A DNA stretch of 64,000 nucleotides from Cyanidioschyzon merolae (taxonomy: Eukaryota): NCBI GenBank assembly GCA_000091205.1, contig AP006498.2. One strand, 5' to 3'. The notes beneath the pieces are model-generated. The model was not told the DNA's origin. It did not search any database and saw nothing but the letters and a program-made list of their open reading frames with translations. Shown piece after piece: positions 8,974-19,708 of this stretch. A program made the position numbers and the translations under genes. Position 1 is the stretch's first letter. Each line of letters begins with the position of its first letter.

Positions 8974-11199
8974 TCAGCGTTCCCGCGTTTCTGGTTCCAG
9001 ACCGCAGGGACTTGCCTCTTGGCGTCGTGCTCGCTCCCGCTGCAATAGCTGCCTCCCGATGACTTCGTTGTTCGCAGCAGCGGAAATAGTCTCCTCAGCG
9101 AACTCTAATGAGCGCGACAGGCCAAACCGATCAAGCAGACGTCCCCAGAGACGGAAATACGTTCCCAGCGCCGAAATCACTAAAGAGCATGGATAGAAAT
9201 AATTGAAAGCCTTACCAAATAGAGGAACAATATGCATAGAACCCATGAGCGTTTCAAACGCGGTAACTGGAACAGTCGACGAGTCTTGTCCCGAATGCCG
9301 CATCAGCTGCGGGTATTGATACAGGAGCAGCCTCGCGACAGCTTCTCGATTCTCGTGCAATAAGAAAATCAGGTGGTAGCAAAGAGGAAGCAGGAAACGA
9401 CTCATGAGCATCGCATTCAGACAAAGCATTTGACCATCGACGTATCCTGGTACCAGTTCATACCAACGGTAGATCTGCAGGTGGAACACAGCAAAGTACA
9501 CCAGCGAGGTCAGCGTGCAGACAAGGCTGAGTGCCATGGCTTGTACGCCCAACGGCGACAGCGGTAGACTATGAAGTGCCCGAGCGAAGGGAGAGAAGCT
9601 GCGCGGCGGCGTCAGCAGCACAGTCCAGATGGTCAGCTCGCTGAGACACACCGCACTTGCAACGATAAACAACACGACCGCCTGCACGCGGAGACAGAAC
9701 GGCTCGCCATACGCTCGCCAGCGCAAGGCCAGAGACCGTTGCATGCCGTCGATCCAACGTTTGGTACCGACAGCGGCATTCACGGAACGTTCGCATTCGG
9801 AGATATAGATCCGCTGGGGCGAGCCAGCTCCAGCACCAGTAGCATGCTTCGTCAGATGGGGCATGCTCGTCGCATCACCATTCGAAAGCGCTCGGTCGTG
9901 AACAATCCTCATGCTCCGTTCCGGAGACAAGTCTTCACCGGCGTCGTGAAACGAGCCCATACGGCTAGCGGTTGCTCCAGGTGATTCCCCTGCCCTGCAA
10001 GCGTACACCAGTGTAGACGGCATCCGGTCCACGTCGCTGGTCGATACGGATCCCGTGGAAAGCACTCCGGCACATGCTGAGCTCGCTGCAGCGCTCGAGC
10101 TACATCCCGCCGATCGCCACTGAAGCAAATCCTGCAGAAAGAGCGCTCGTTGCGAGATCCGTTGCCACAGGTACTCGATACGCCGGTACTCGAGCACTGC
10201 GCGACGCACCTCGACAAAGAGCGTCCCCAGGGATGCCGATTCCGCCATTCGGGTCGCTCGTGGGGTGGCCGAACTCCATGTTTTTTGTGGCTGCTGGCCT
10301 ATCTCTAGATCCGATGAATGCAGCGGTACCAAATTCAACAGCGTCTCTATACGAGAACAGAGCTCCTGTCGATAAGCGTGTGTCGCGGAGCGTGCATGTC
10401 CAGGCATATGTGATTGCTCCTGTGACTGCAAGGTCTGGTCATCGGTGCAGCCAATGCCTAGCACCGCTGCTTGCAGGCGGAGTCGACTCAAGCTCTGGAG
10501 TGTTTCAAGGTGCCGCGCATGAAGCTCAGCGATGCGGATCGCGTAGGCTCGGAGGCGACGTCGCGGATCGCTTCGTTCCCACAGGGTGCGCGGTAGCTCT
10601 ACGAGTCCGAAACCCAGAAAGATCATCAAGAGAAAGAGACCGAATGCATTATTCAAACCGATAATCGTGGCACGCCAGGTCTCCAGTTGCAGGCCGTGAT
10701 GCCGCGGAGAGCGCACCGCTGCAGCTAGGGCACTCAGCACGACAGCGAGCACAGCCAGGGCGATAAGCTGCGGGCGAAGCGCTTTGCGGACACGCTCTCG
10801 GAGCGGGAGGTGTTCCAGAGAAATGTTCGACTGAACTAGAGGCAGCAGAATCCAGCCAAGCACCAGTGAGGTCCAGTAGAGCGCCTGCCAGGTGGCCAGC
10901 AGCGCTGCCGGACTCAAGCTCGGTGGAGCACAGTTCCGCAGGTGCAGGGAGAGGTCCTCGCCACTTCGTTTGTTGAGGTACTCACAGCGACGGAAAAGCG
11001 TTTCCGCGAGATCAGCAGGTAACAGGATCAGTGCAAGAAACGAGAGAAACCACGCTAAGCCTACCGTCGTGTAAACGTACCACGGTGTACCAAGGCCAGG
11101 CAGCCGTGTCGGGTAACGGACCAGCAGGTACAGCGTCAAAAAAAGCACTGCTGGTGCTTCTGCAATGTAAAACAAGCTCGTACTCAACCACGGCTGCAT
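8974..11199 (-). CDS. multi-pass membrane protein, LMBR1-domain-like (lipocalin receptor / LMBR1L family) - tentative
   Basis: A 741-aa ORF with an ATG start. It contains about 9 hydrophobic helices in two blocks separated by a long hydrophilic loop. The N-terminal arrangement and the charged helix after TM segment 5 (RRRLRAYAIRIAELHARHLETLQ) resemble LMBR1 family topology. Confidence 0.4.
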   Translation of the reverse strand: MQPWLSTSLFYIAEAPAVLFLTLYLLVRYPTRLPGLGTPWYVYTTVGLAWFLSFLALILLPADLAETLFRRCEYLNKRSGEDLSLHLRNCAPPSLSPAALLATWQALYWTSLVLGWILLPLVQSNISLEHLPLRERVRKALRPQLIALAVLAVVLSALAAAVRSPRHHGLQLETWRATIIGLNNAFGLFLLMIFLGFGLVELPRTLWERSDPRRRLRAYAIRIAELHARHLETLQSLSRLRLQAAVLGIGCTDDQTLQSQEQSHMPGHARSATHAYRQELCSRIETLLNLVPLHSSDLEIGQQPQKTWSSATPRATRMAESASLGTLFVEVRRAVLEYRRIEYLWQRISQRALFLQDLLQWRSAGCSSSAAASSACAGVLSTGSVSTSDVDRMPSTLVYACRAGESPGATASRMGSFHDAGEDLSPERSMRIVHDRALSNGDATSMPHLTKHATGAGAGSPQRIYISECERSVNAAVGTKRWIDGMQRSLALRWRAYGEPFCLRVQAVVLFIVASAVCLSELTIWTVLLTPPRSFSPFARALHSLPLSPLGVQAMALSLVCTLTSLVYFAVFHLQIYRWYELVPGYVDGQMLCLNAMLMSRFLLPLCYHLIFLLHENREAVARLLLYQYPQLMRHSGQDSSTVPVTAFETLMGSMHIVPLFGKAFNYFYPCSLVISALGTYFRLWGRLLDRFGLSRSLEFAEETISAAANNEVIGRQLLQRERARRQEASPCGLEPETRER

Positions 11200-12234
11200 T
11201 CTGGACGAAAACGGGGCAGCAGTGCACAGAGCGGCACCCGCTGAACCGGGGTTAGAGGTGAGCGCTCCAGCCTTGCGGCTGCGAAGCTTTTTGGGTCCTG
11301 CTTCAAATGGAAGCGCCTAAACTTCTCAGTCTTTGGCAGTTAGAGGCTCACAGTAGTCCAGTGTATCCAGATGAAAGTGCAGCGATAGGTGTAACACCTA
11401 AAGGGTGCTTCTGAAAGGAAGCAAAGTTCGTACACAGACGTCGCTTCTAGGCATGGAGCACCACATCGAACGAGTGATTTGCGGGGTTGTTCCCGGGCGC
11501 TCAAGGCCGCGCCTCTCCGCGATACGACCGAGGATACCGAGGTGCGACGGAGCGGGTGTCGACGCTGGTGTAGGATTGGGTTCAGAAAATTATATCAGAT
11601 ATTGTTTAGGAGTATGTGTCTATTGTGATGTGCTTGATGATACTTGCATCCGGTGTTGCTACGGGGGAGTGGTTCGCGGCGGTGTCGCCGCTGGCGAATG
11701 CTGAGCTACCCGGTGCCTATTTCAGCTGCTGTTCAAGAGCATGCGTCAATCGTGGCGTGCTTCATTGTCTATGTATCGGGCGTAGCTGCGGGTTCAGTGT
11801 TGACGCTGAGGAGCGCGACGATCCCCAGCGTTTATCAGCTGCAACAGAAGAGACTGTGAGTGTTGCGTCGTGCTTGGCGGCACGTGTATCCGGTGCACCG
11901 CGAGAGGCCAGCGGCGTCGCACGCTCAGGTACGTGGTTTTCCGAGACACCACCTCCCTTTAAGTCGTGGTGCAAGCAGCAGCGCTCGGTGTTGAGAGCGC
12001 CTTGCCGCCTCTGCGATACTCAGTACAGGGCTCTGGTGAGTAGCGAGCGCTCAGCATCCTCGCAGTGCCCAGCTCAAACGCAACCAAGACAACTACTCCG
12101 CCCGAAAAGTCGTATCCGGTACGACTGCACATGAACGCCCATCTCTATATCAGAAACGAAAGGAAACGTCCATCATCGCAGTAGGAAGTGGAGCAGTCAG
12201 GCGCAGCTGTCAGCTTCACGAAAGCCCGTCAAAG

Positions 12235-12265
12235 CGCAGCAGCAGCAGCAGCAGCAGTAGCAGCG
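12235..12265. repeat. (CAG)n microsatellite in the LMBR1-like/UTP13 divergent intergenic region
   Basis: cagcagcagcagcagcagcagtagcagc. Confidence 0.9.
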
Positions 12266-12506
12266 CCAGACAGAGAAGCGTTCAGCACCGGTCAATCAAG
12301 TACTGCTTCCCGTCTCTAAAGCGTCATGCAACAGACTAACATGCTCCCGAAAGCTGCGTACAACTTCCGCACGGACACCAAAGACCTAGACGAGTCTATT
12401 GAGTACGTCGCTTGGAAAGAGCGCTTTGAAATGTCGTTACCAGGTGTTGCCAGACTGGCCGCTCGGCAGGTTATCGCCGACGAGTCGTAACCCGTGTCCA
12501 CGAGGT

Positions 12507-12534
12507 GTTCGTTCGTTCGTTCGTTCGTTCGTTC
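12507..12534. repeat. (GTTC)7 microsatellite immediately upstream of the UTP13 start codon
   Basis: gttcgttcgttcgttcgttcgttcgttc. Confidence 0.9.
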
Positions 12535-12543
12535 TCTGAAGGA

Positions 12544-15500
12544 ATGGATCGGAGCGAATTACATGCTAGCAGCTGCGCCTGGGAAATAACATACGCCCTC
12601 TCTAGTTTACACACAGGTGGCAAAGTCGTTCCGTGGCCCATCGAGCGCCACAGTCAAGAGGGCACCACAGCGACGCCGGAGCAGCAGCGACACAGCCGCG
12701 TTCCCGAGTTTCACTCGTGGGTAGGGTTACTCACCCAGAAAGCCAATCGAGCGCTTGGATGCATTCTAACTGCCGATCCGTGCGATGAAAGCGACGTCGA
12801 CCGGACTGCGTCAGCAGAAGAGGGCGCAGGGGAAGCGCCTCCCTGCTGTGCTTCTCTACTGCCAGTCGTTGCGCTCCGGACGCTACCGCGGACTAGGGAC
12901 CAGCTTCACGACACTACTCGTGCCGCTGGTTACATTGATGATGCCTTTGAAGACGACGACGATGATGATCTGGATGATGAGGCACTTACCGCAATGGCGT
13001 GTTCACCAGACGGCGATCAGGCTGTACTCGCAACCCGATCGGGTTACGCGTACCTCTTTCGTGAACTCTGTCGGTACCACGATCTCGCGGAAACGCACGT
13101 AGCGGCACGCAAGACCCCGGGAACTCGAAGCGAGCCACCGCGGATCGAGGAACCGTTCTGGACCTGGCTGCCGTTTGGTACGGATACCCAGGTGGTCGTA
13201 GCGTGCGAGTTCGATGCAACTGGTCAGTATTTGGCCGTTGCGAGCGCTGTTGGGGAAGTGCGACTCTATTATCTACCTACGAGGACAGTAGTCCAACGTT
13301 TCCGTTGCACCAAGGGGCACGGCATGGTGACTTGCTTACGTTTATTACGAGGTCACGAGGCCACAGATACGTCGATCGGGACGCGGTTAACCGCAATGCC
13401 AACGGACTCGGAGAAGGAGCAGCGAAACACTGAAGCAGTGCACGGCGCAGGGGCACCAGACGAACATGCGGTGACAGCCGCAGATGTCAGCGCTACAGCG
13501 TCGTTGCCGGCGGTTCCCGGCAGCATGACAGTCGACCGCTCGCAAGTCGATGTAGCCGGGGATCATCCGCAGGCTTTGCTTTCGTCGTCTCGTTCGCCGT
13601 TCAAAGGAAAGAAATCCACTACCGCTGCCTCCGAGCAGGTGCGGCAACGCGAGACCTGCGTTCCGCCGTCGCTCCCGAGGCCTTCGCTGCTGCTGGGTTG
13701 CGAGGACGGTACCATATGGGCACTGCCGGGATCACCGGGAGCGCGTCCTCGCTCCGTACACGAACACACGAGTGCGGTGCTGCACCTGCAGGTGCTCGGC
13801 GGCGACCAGCACGTGCATCCTTCACATCGTCGGGTCATCAGCGCAGGTCTGGATACGTATCTGCTCGAGTGGGATGAACGATTCGGACGACCGCACGGCG
13901 CCGTACCCGTAGGAGAGGCGATCACCGCGCTTCTACCGATTCACAGGGGAGTGCACCTTGGCGGCTGGTTGATCGCCACCATGAGTGGTGTCGTGTACCT
14001 GCTGCCGTTCAGCGGCGCTGATACACCAGACGCGCACGCACGACATCAACAAGTTGCGAATCGAACCGCACGTTTGGTGCCGTTGTTGCGCATGGAAAGC
14101 GGGTCTGTTCAGTTGATCGACTCGTCACCGCAAACCCAACCAGGTACGACGTTCCCGTCGAAATCGTCAGACGAGACGTCATCTACCGACACGGTAACGG
14201 TGCTCGGTTTCATGCCCTGGCCACGATCGCATGAAACATCCGGGGGCCTGGCGCAGCCTGCCGGAATAGAGCGGGTGCTCATCACGACCTCCGATCAATG
14301 CCTGCACTTGATCGAGCTCAGCGTGCACCACGACCGCCACGGCAACCGAGTCTGCCGTGCACATGTCGTCGCTTCGGTGATGACCAATTTGGATGAAGTG
14401 TACAGCCTCGCCCCGCTGCGCCTGCGTTCAGCGGGCTCACGGGCACCAGCACTGGCGTTTGCAACCAACGCCCATGCCATAGCCGTAGCCAGAATCATCG
14501 GCGTCGATCGTGTCGAGACACTGTGTTTCCAGCGCATGCTCAGGGGTCACTGCGACGCAGTGCTGGGCCTGTGTGTGCCTCCAGCACTGCCACCGACGTC
14601 CAAGGTGGGTCCACTTGCGTATGCACCGGATGCGACACTAGTATCCGTTTCGAAGGATACCACAGTGCGCCTCTGGGATGTCGATCGGGGTGTGTGCTGC
14701 GGTGTTGGACGCGGGCACACTGCAGCCCTCAGCGCTGTTACTTGTGGATGGATCCTGACACGTCATCGCTGGAGCCTCTGGATTGCCTCCGCGGGCGATG
14801 ATGGTGCGCTGAAACTGTGGACGCCTCCAGGATTACCATCGGTAGCGGATCATGATAATGATCATGCCCTAGCTACGCAAGGCATGCGACGGGATGCGCC
14901 GCTCGAGTGCTGGTGCACCGTTGCACACGCCCACGATGGCGAGATACACTGCCTGGCAACGGCACCAAATGCCCCGTATCTCGCTTCTGGGTCCCAGGAC
15001 AAGTCCGTGAAACTGTGGCGCATTAGCAGCGACCCCGATGGTAACGTTCAGGTTACCGCTTGGCGCATGCTCAGTGGCCATCGGCGGAGCGTTTGGGCTG
15101 TTTGCTTCGGGCACAATGAGCCGGTGCTTGCTTCAGCGTCTGCGGATCGCACAATTCGCGTGTGGTCGATAGCCGACGGCCAATGTTTGCGGCAGCTCGA
15201 AGCTGGCGGTGCTGCCTTTTCTAGCAGAGCGCCTAACCTTGGTTCATTTCTTTGCTGCAGCTTTTTGGCAGGCGATTCGCGAATCGTCGCCGGAAGTGCG
15301 GAAGGCGCCCTCTATCAATGGCACTGGCGTTCTGGTCAACTGCTTGGGGAAATCTATCGATGTCGATCGATGGAAGTGCCGCAGCGGAGCAGCAGCAGCA
15401 GCAGCATCCGTAGTAGAACGCACGAGAGCGCCCACCAGGATCGTCTGTGGTCGTTATTGGTGATCGAGCACGACCTTCGAGACACTCATCTCGAAAGCGC

Positions 15501-16194
15501 AAGCACCGACAGCAACAACTGCAGTCGATGCTCGCTTCTCGTAACCGGAGGCGCTGACGGGAGGATCCGCTGCTGGCGTGACGTGTCTGCCGAGGAGCGA
15601 GCGCGGCAGCTCGTGGAACAGGAAGCCAGGCTGCAGATGGACCAGGAGCTGCAAAGAGCGCTTGCCATGGGAAACTTCACCGAGGCACTCCGTGGCGCCA
15701 TACAACTCGAGCAGCCGCTGCGAGCTTTCCTCATTCTGGAGAAAATGGGGTCAGGAGCGTTTGCGCAGAGCCCGCTGCAGCATATCGCTGCTGTCGAAAC
15801 GGTTGTACGAGCGTTGCACGAGCCCTCCGAGGTAGGTCGTCTACTCGAGTATGCTCGCGAGTGGTGCGCGCAGCGGCGAACGGCGTTCACGGGTCATTTG
15901 CTGCTGCGAGCCGTCTTCCGCGTCCATTATCCACCGTATCGGTTACGTTCGCTGCTGCAGGCAGCTGGTTATAGAGCAGAAGCGATCGACAACCTGAAGC
16001 ACGCACTCATTGCGTACGCAGAACGCCAGGCTCGCGATCTACTCCGGATCCAGGATGCCTTGCAGTTACTTCCGTATGCGGAAGCACGCTCAGGATTACC
16101 GGAGCGGTTCACAGGTGATGGCACGGGGGAGGCATCAGCGGTTCCTGAGCGAGAGCTTGCGCGTGTCCCGGATCCGTACGGATGCGCAACGTAA
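12544..16194 (+). CDS. UTP13: U3 snoRNP / SSU processome WD40-repeat protein UTP13 (transducin beta-like 3)
   Basis: The ORF starts with GTG at 12505, and the first ATG is at 12544. It contains multiple WD40 repeats (LASGSQDKSVKLWR, LASASADRTIRVWS, ISAGLDTYLLEWD). The C-terminal Utp13 domain matches EERARQLVEQEARLQMDQELQRALAMGNFTEALRGAIQLEQPLRAFLILEKM, which aligns with the TBL3 C-terminus. The stop codon is TAA. Confidence 0.8.
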   Translation: MDRSELHASSCAWEITYALSSLHTGGKVVPWPIERHSQEGTTATPEQQRHSRVPEFHSWVGLLTQKANRALGCILTADPCDESDVDRTASAEEGAGEAPPCCASLLPVVALRTLPRTRDQLHDTTRAAGYIDDAFEDDDDDDLDDEALTAMACSPDGDQAVLATRSGYAYLFRELCRYHDLAETHVAARKTPGTRSEPPRIEEPFWTWLPFGTDTQVVVACEFDATGQYLAVASAVGEVRLYYLPTRTVVQRFRCTKGHGMVTCLRLLRGHEATDTSIGTRLTAMPTDSEKEQRNTEAVHGAGAPDEHAVTAADVSATASLPAVPGSMTVDRSQVDVAGDHPQALLSSSRSPFKGKKSTTAASEQVRQRETCVPPSLPRPSLLLGCEDGTIWALPGSPGARPRSVHEHTSAVLHLQVLGGDQHVHPSHRRVISAGLDTYLLEWDERFGRPHGAVPVGEAITALLPIHRGVHLGGWLIATMSGVVYLLPFSGADTPDAHARHQQVANRTARLVPLLRMESGSVQLIDSSPQTQPGTTFPSKSSDETSSTDTVTVLGFMPWPRSHETSGGLAQPAGIERVLITTSDQCLHLIELSVHHDRHGNRVCRAHVVASVMTNLDEVYSLAPLRLRSAGSRAPALAFATNAHAIAVARIIGVDRVETLCFQRMLRGHCDAVLGLCVPPALPPTSKVGPLAYAPDATLVSVSKDTTVRLWDVDRGVCCGVGRGHTAALSAVTCGWILTRHRWSLWIASAGDDGALKLWTPPGLPSVADHDNDHALATQGMRRDAPLECWCTVAHAHDGEIHCLATAPNAPYLASGSQDKSVKLWRISSDPDGNVQVTAWRMLSGHRRSVWAVCFGHNEPVLASASADRTIRVWSIADGQCLRQLEAGGAAFSSRAPNLGSFLCCSFLAGDSRIVAGSAEGALYQWHWRSGQLLGEIYRCRSMEVPQRSSSSSSIRSRTHESAHQDRLWSLLVIEHDLRDTHLESASTDSNNCSRCSLLVTGGADGRIRCWRDVSAEERARQLVEQEARLQMDQELQRALAMGNFTEALRGAIQLEQPLRAFLILEKMGSGAFAQSPLQHIAAVETVVRALHEPSEVGRLLEYAREWCAQRRTAFTGHLLLRAVFRVHYPPYRLRSLLQAAGYRAEAIDNLKHALIAYAERQARDLLRIQDALQLLPYAEARSGLPERFTGDGTGEASAVPERELARVPDPYGCAT

Positions 16195-17537
16195 AGTCTG
16201 GGCACGGGCGACGCTTGCCACAGCTGGTATCGTTGGGTAAATGTCAACGCAATGAAGGCTGCAACTTTTGAGGCAGTTCGCACATTTTTCAAGTCTGTTT
16301 GCTGTTCTCGACCGTGTTCAGCAAAGGGCATGTATCCAGTGGCGCGTAGAAACGTCGTAAGGATTTTTGCTATATGTAGGATTCGGTTGTGAAGAAAACG
16401 ACTTTTTGAGACAAGTCAGTCGCTCCAGGGCCAGCCCATGGATGAGTCTGGCGTCTCGTGGTCGCTATACGACCTGACATGTGCCATGAAAACAGCACGT
16501 ATCATTATGGATCTGCACGACGGTATCCTCGTCAATCCATACCAGTCTATACGACCTCTATGAAATACGAACAGAGACGCCGTAGGATGTGAAGTATCCG
16601 GACAATTCATGCGAACAGTCGTGAGGAGACGCAATGGGCCAAGAAACAGGTACGCTTCGACTGTGGATCGTAGCGTGCTGAACAACACGCCATCGATGTC
16701 GTACTGGAATGCGACTGGGTTTGACTATAGGGACGGGGATTCGTCTCACGTGATGAGCGTTTATTCGGTGAAAACCCTAGACTTGTGTATGGGTTCTCAG
16801 AGCGCGGCAAACCGCTGTTCGTGAAGAAGAGCCAGGCGAGTGTGCAGCTAGCCATGGCAAGGAGAGAGGGCATGGGACGCGCGCCTGGAGCAAGACACGG
16901 ATATGGTGCGGTTCAGCAAACAGGCAAGGTTGGGGCGCCTCATATGTACCCCAGAAACGAAATTCCTGGGCAATTGGTGAGCGATAACGATGTTCGATTC
17001 TTGGATTGACGGCGTCTAGGTGATTCGCTGGACCAGCGTAAACGTTGCCATATGAGCGGCATCGCGCTGACTCGAGCCCCAGTGGTGAAGCATGGTCGCT
17101 GTCGACAATGGGATAGGATCCGCATCCAGCACGTCTTTTCGCAGGCCGTGCTGACGATGCGAAGCGGTCTCCAGGTACGTCGCCGCAAGTTACGGGACCG
17201 TTGCACCGTTGCTGTGGTGTATCGAACGGTGGGAGTGCTTGTCGCATGACTAGCACCACCGCCACTACTACGATTATTATTACTACCACTACTGGGCGTA
17301 CTGGTGCGCCATCAGGCAAGCGAAAGCTGGTGCTGTCCCGTTCCTCGCCCAGAGGCTCCGTGCTTTCAAACATGGCAGCGGCATGCGTCGCTTCCTCTTT
17401 TTTCATGATTTACAGCAATTGCACGCTGTCATGTACGGGTCATTTCGAGCGCATCCGCTTCACGGGTCGTGCGCAACCCCGACGAGACGATAACGCTTGC
17501 TCGACGACGACGACGACGACGATGACAAGCACAATTT

Positions 17538-19139
17538 TCACTGCGGCAGCGGAGGCGGCGGCGGCGGCGGCTGATCCTCCTGTTCAGCGCCGGCAACGCT
17601 GTTCCCCGAAATCGGGAACTGATCTCCTGTAGTGACGCCGGTGGACCAGCGAGCAGCATCAGCGCCTCCGAACTGCGGTGTCCGAAGCGTACCTGTGAGG
17701 TCCTGGGAACCCCACGCGCCTGCAGCAAGATTTTGATATGCAGCGTACGGTGTGGCAGCAGCGACCGCTTCCCCAGCGTATCGCGGAGTATAGCCAGTTT
17801 GACCCTGGGCATACAGCGCTGTCGCACTGCCTGTGGCGATAGCGGGCGTCGAGAATGGCCCGGCGTACTGCGTGGTTCCAAAGGCCCCTGCCGCCCCAAC
17901 AGTCTGCGTCATGCCTCCGGGCAAGTTGCCGTAGATCGCCATTTGGAGTCGCTCTTGTTGATTTCTGCGTTGCTCGTAGGAAAGCAGAAGATAACTCAGA
18001 TCCTGGTTGAGCGCAATGGAGTGGCTCTCGGCCTCGTCGCGCAGGCAGGGCACCAGAGAGAGAATTTTCTCAATGAGCACGCGAAAGCTGCTCTGAACGA
18101 TTGCCTCTGGTGGGAGCACGCCCGTGCTCTCCAAGGTGAAATAAAAGGTTCGCTGGCCCTCGGCGTCTGAACCACGACTCAGAGTAATGAGCTGAAATGG
18201 ATTTTGACCAGCTTCCTCGAGTGCGAACTGCAGTTCGCGCAGGCAGTCGTTGCTGATCTCAATGCGACCCCGCAGATACGCCTCATCTTCAACGATTTCA
18301 ACATCGCCGGTGACGACATTCGCCTCGACTCGAAGCGCACCCCCGCCCATCTTGACGATGAGGCGCTTCTGTTCACTGGACAGCACCGCGTTTATGCGGC
18401 CCAAATCAAGGCGCACACTCGGGTCCATTCGGTACGAGGCTGCGGCAACAGGGGACCACTTGGCGTGCTCCCTGCCGGTTCCTTTCTTAGCGATGCAGCG
18501 CACATACAATCGCTGACCCCGACGAAGCTTACAGATAACGATGCCTGCGTCAGCGGAGGTGCGGTCCCTGCTAGAATCCGGCGCCAACTCCCAAGGCTGG
18601 TCGGGTCGGTGGATCGGCACCACTGCCCGCACGTATGCAGGTCCATCAAAGTAACGCGGGTCCATCTGCAGATGGCGAGACGTTACGTTCATTTCCTCGA
18701 GTTCGCCGTCCGGGGGACAGGTCACGTCGAGAATATACTCAACGCTGCACTTTTCGCAGTTCGTTGCTTCCATAGGGTTCCCCGATAGTGCTGCGATCCG
18801 AGACTGCGTGCAGTCGCAGTCACGGTTGTAGTTGAAATACTCCGCCGTGTCCGAACGCAGCGGAACCAGACCAAGACGGTGAGCTACGAACTCATCGTGC
18901 AGCGGACTATCGTTGACATATATGGTGACCAGATCGATGCTCATAGTTGGCACAGAAGCGATCATGGCGCGACGCAGCGCATTCGCAACGGAGATATCGG
19001 TATCGGAGAGCGTAAAGTCACACTCGGTTGCGGCCAAACGCGTCAAGCGCAGTTTAGGAAAGCGCTGCAGAGACGCCGACTCCGTAGACTCGGTACGCCC
19101 CGGTGCAAGGGCGCCATTCCCGGCACTGACACCGTTCAT
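17538..19139 (-). CDS. RPB3: DNA-directed RNA polymerase II subunit RPB3, with a ~250-aa C-terminal low-complexity extension
   Basis: The ATG start was verified. VANALRRAMIASVPTMSIDLVTIYVNDSPLHDEFVAHRLGLVPLRSD matches the RpoA/Rpb3 dimerisation motif. A Cys cluster RDCDCTQ...CEKCSVEYILDVTC is present. LRRGQRLYVRCIAKKGTGREHAKWSPVAAASY and RTFYFTLESTGVLPPEAIV also match. The tail is Gly/Ala/Thr/Gln-rich and ends PPPPPPPLPQ. Confidence 0.85.
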   Translation of the reverse strand: MNGVSAGNGALAPGRTESTESASLQRFPKLRLTRLAATECDFTLSDTDISVANALRRAMIASVPTMSIDLVTIYVNDSPLHDEFVAHRLGLVPLRSDTAEYFNYNRDCDCTQSRIAALSGNPMEATNCEKCSVEYILDVTCPPDGELEEMNVTSRHLQMDPRYFDGPAYVRAVVPIHRPDQPWELAPDSSRDRTSADAGIVICKLRRGQRLYVRCIAKKGTGREHAKWSPVAAASYRMDPSVRLDLGRINAVLSSEQKRLIVKMGGGALRVEANVVTGDVEIVEDEAYLRGRIEISNDCLRELQFALEEAGQNPFQLITLSRGSDAEGQRTFYFTLESTGVLPPEAIVQSSFRVLIEKILSLVPCLRDEAESHSIALNQDLSYLLLSYEQRRNQQERLQMAIYGNLPGGMTQTVGAAGAFGTTQYAGPFSTPAIATGSATALYAQGQTGYTPRYAGEAVAAATPYAAYQNLAAGAWGSQDLTGTLRTPQFGGADAARWSTGVTTGDQFPISGNSVAGAEQEDQPPPPPPPLPQ

Positions 19140-19288
19140 CGTCTGGGATGGAGTGAGGTTTCCCCACTATTCCGCTGAAGAAGAGTCGAAGACGATCCGC
19201 ACGCGCGACGAAGTCGTCAGCGTCTTGCAGGAGTGCTATACGGGCGAGCGCGTTCGGGCTTCGAAGCCTCCACCACGACTACACGACC

Positions 19289-19320
19289 GCCACCACCACC
19301 ACCACCACCATCACCATCAC
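19289..19320. repeat. (CAC/CAT)n His-codon microsatellite
   Basis: caccaccaccaccaccaccatcaccatcac in the intergenic region 5' of RPB3. Confidence 0.9.
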
Positions 19321-19618
19321 CCCCGTGAGCACTGCAGTTGGAGGCGTGCGAGGCATCCGCGCGACGACGCCGATTCGATCTGTGGGCGGACTGGCGTATC
19401 CCCCGGCGAAGCGCACAATGATGTCGCGAGAACGACGCCAGTTCTGCACGCAGCATGGTTACAGGGATACCGCGGATACCCAGAAACGTTCCTTCGCCGT
19501 CTCTCCGTGGATACTGAAAAAACGGATCGTCTCGGTGCATCACTTGTTCGAGTCACCACTGGAATACGGCTGAATTGTACAGCTGGTCAGTACACACGCA
19601 CGCAAACACGCAACGTTG

Positions 19619-19708
19619 TTCGATACGTGATGATCCATGCATGCAGATTCCTCATTAGACGCGTTCGATACGTGATGATCCATGCATGCAGATTCCTCAT
19701 TAGACGCG
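19619..19708. repeat. perfect 45-bp tandem duplication (2 units)
   Basis: The unit ttcgatacgtgatgatccatgcatgcagattcctcattagacgcg occurs twice. Confidence 0.9.

Noticed and set aside
8387-9196. 269-aa plus-strand ORF
   Set aside because: It overlaps the 3' half of the LMBR1-like gene on the opposite strand and the tail of the hypothetical gene 7657-8589. It is Arg/Ser-rich, low-complexity, and not credible.
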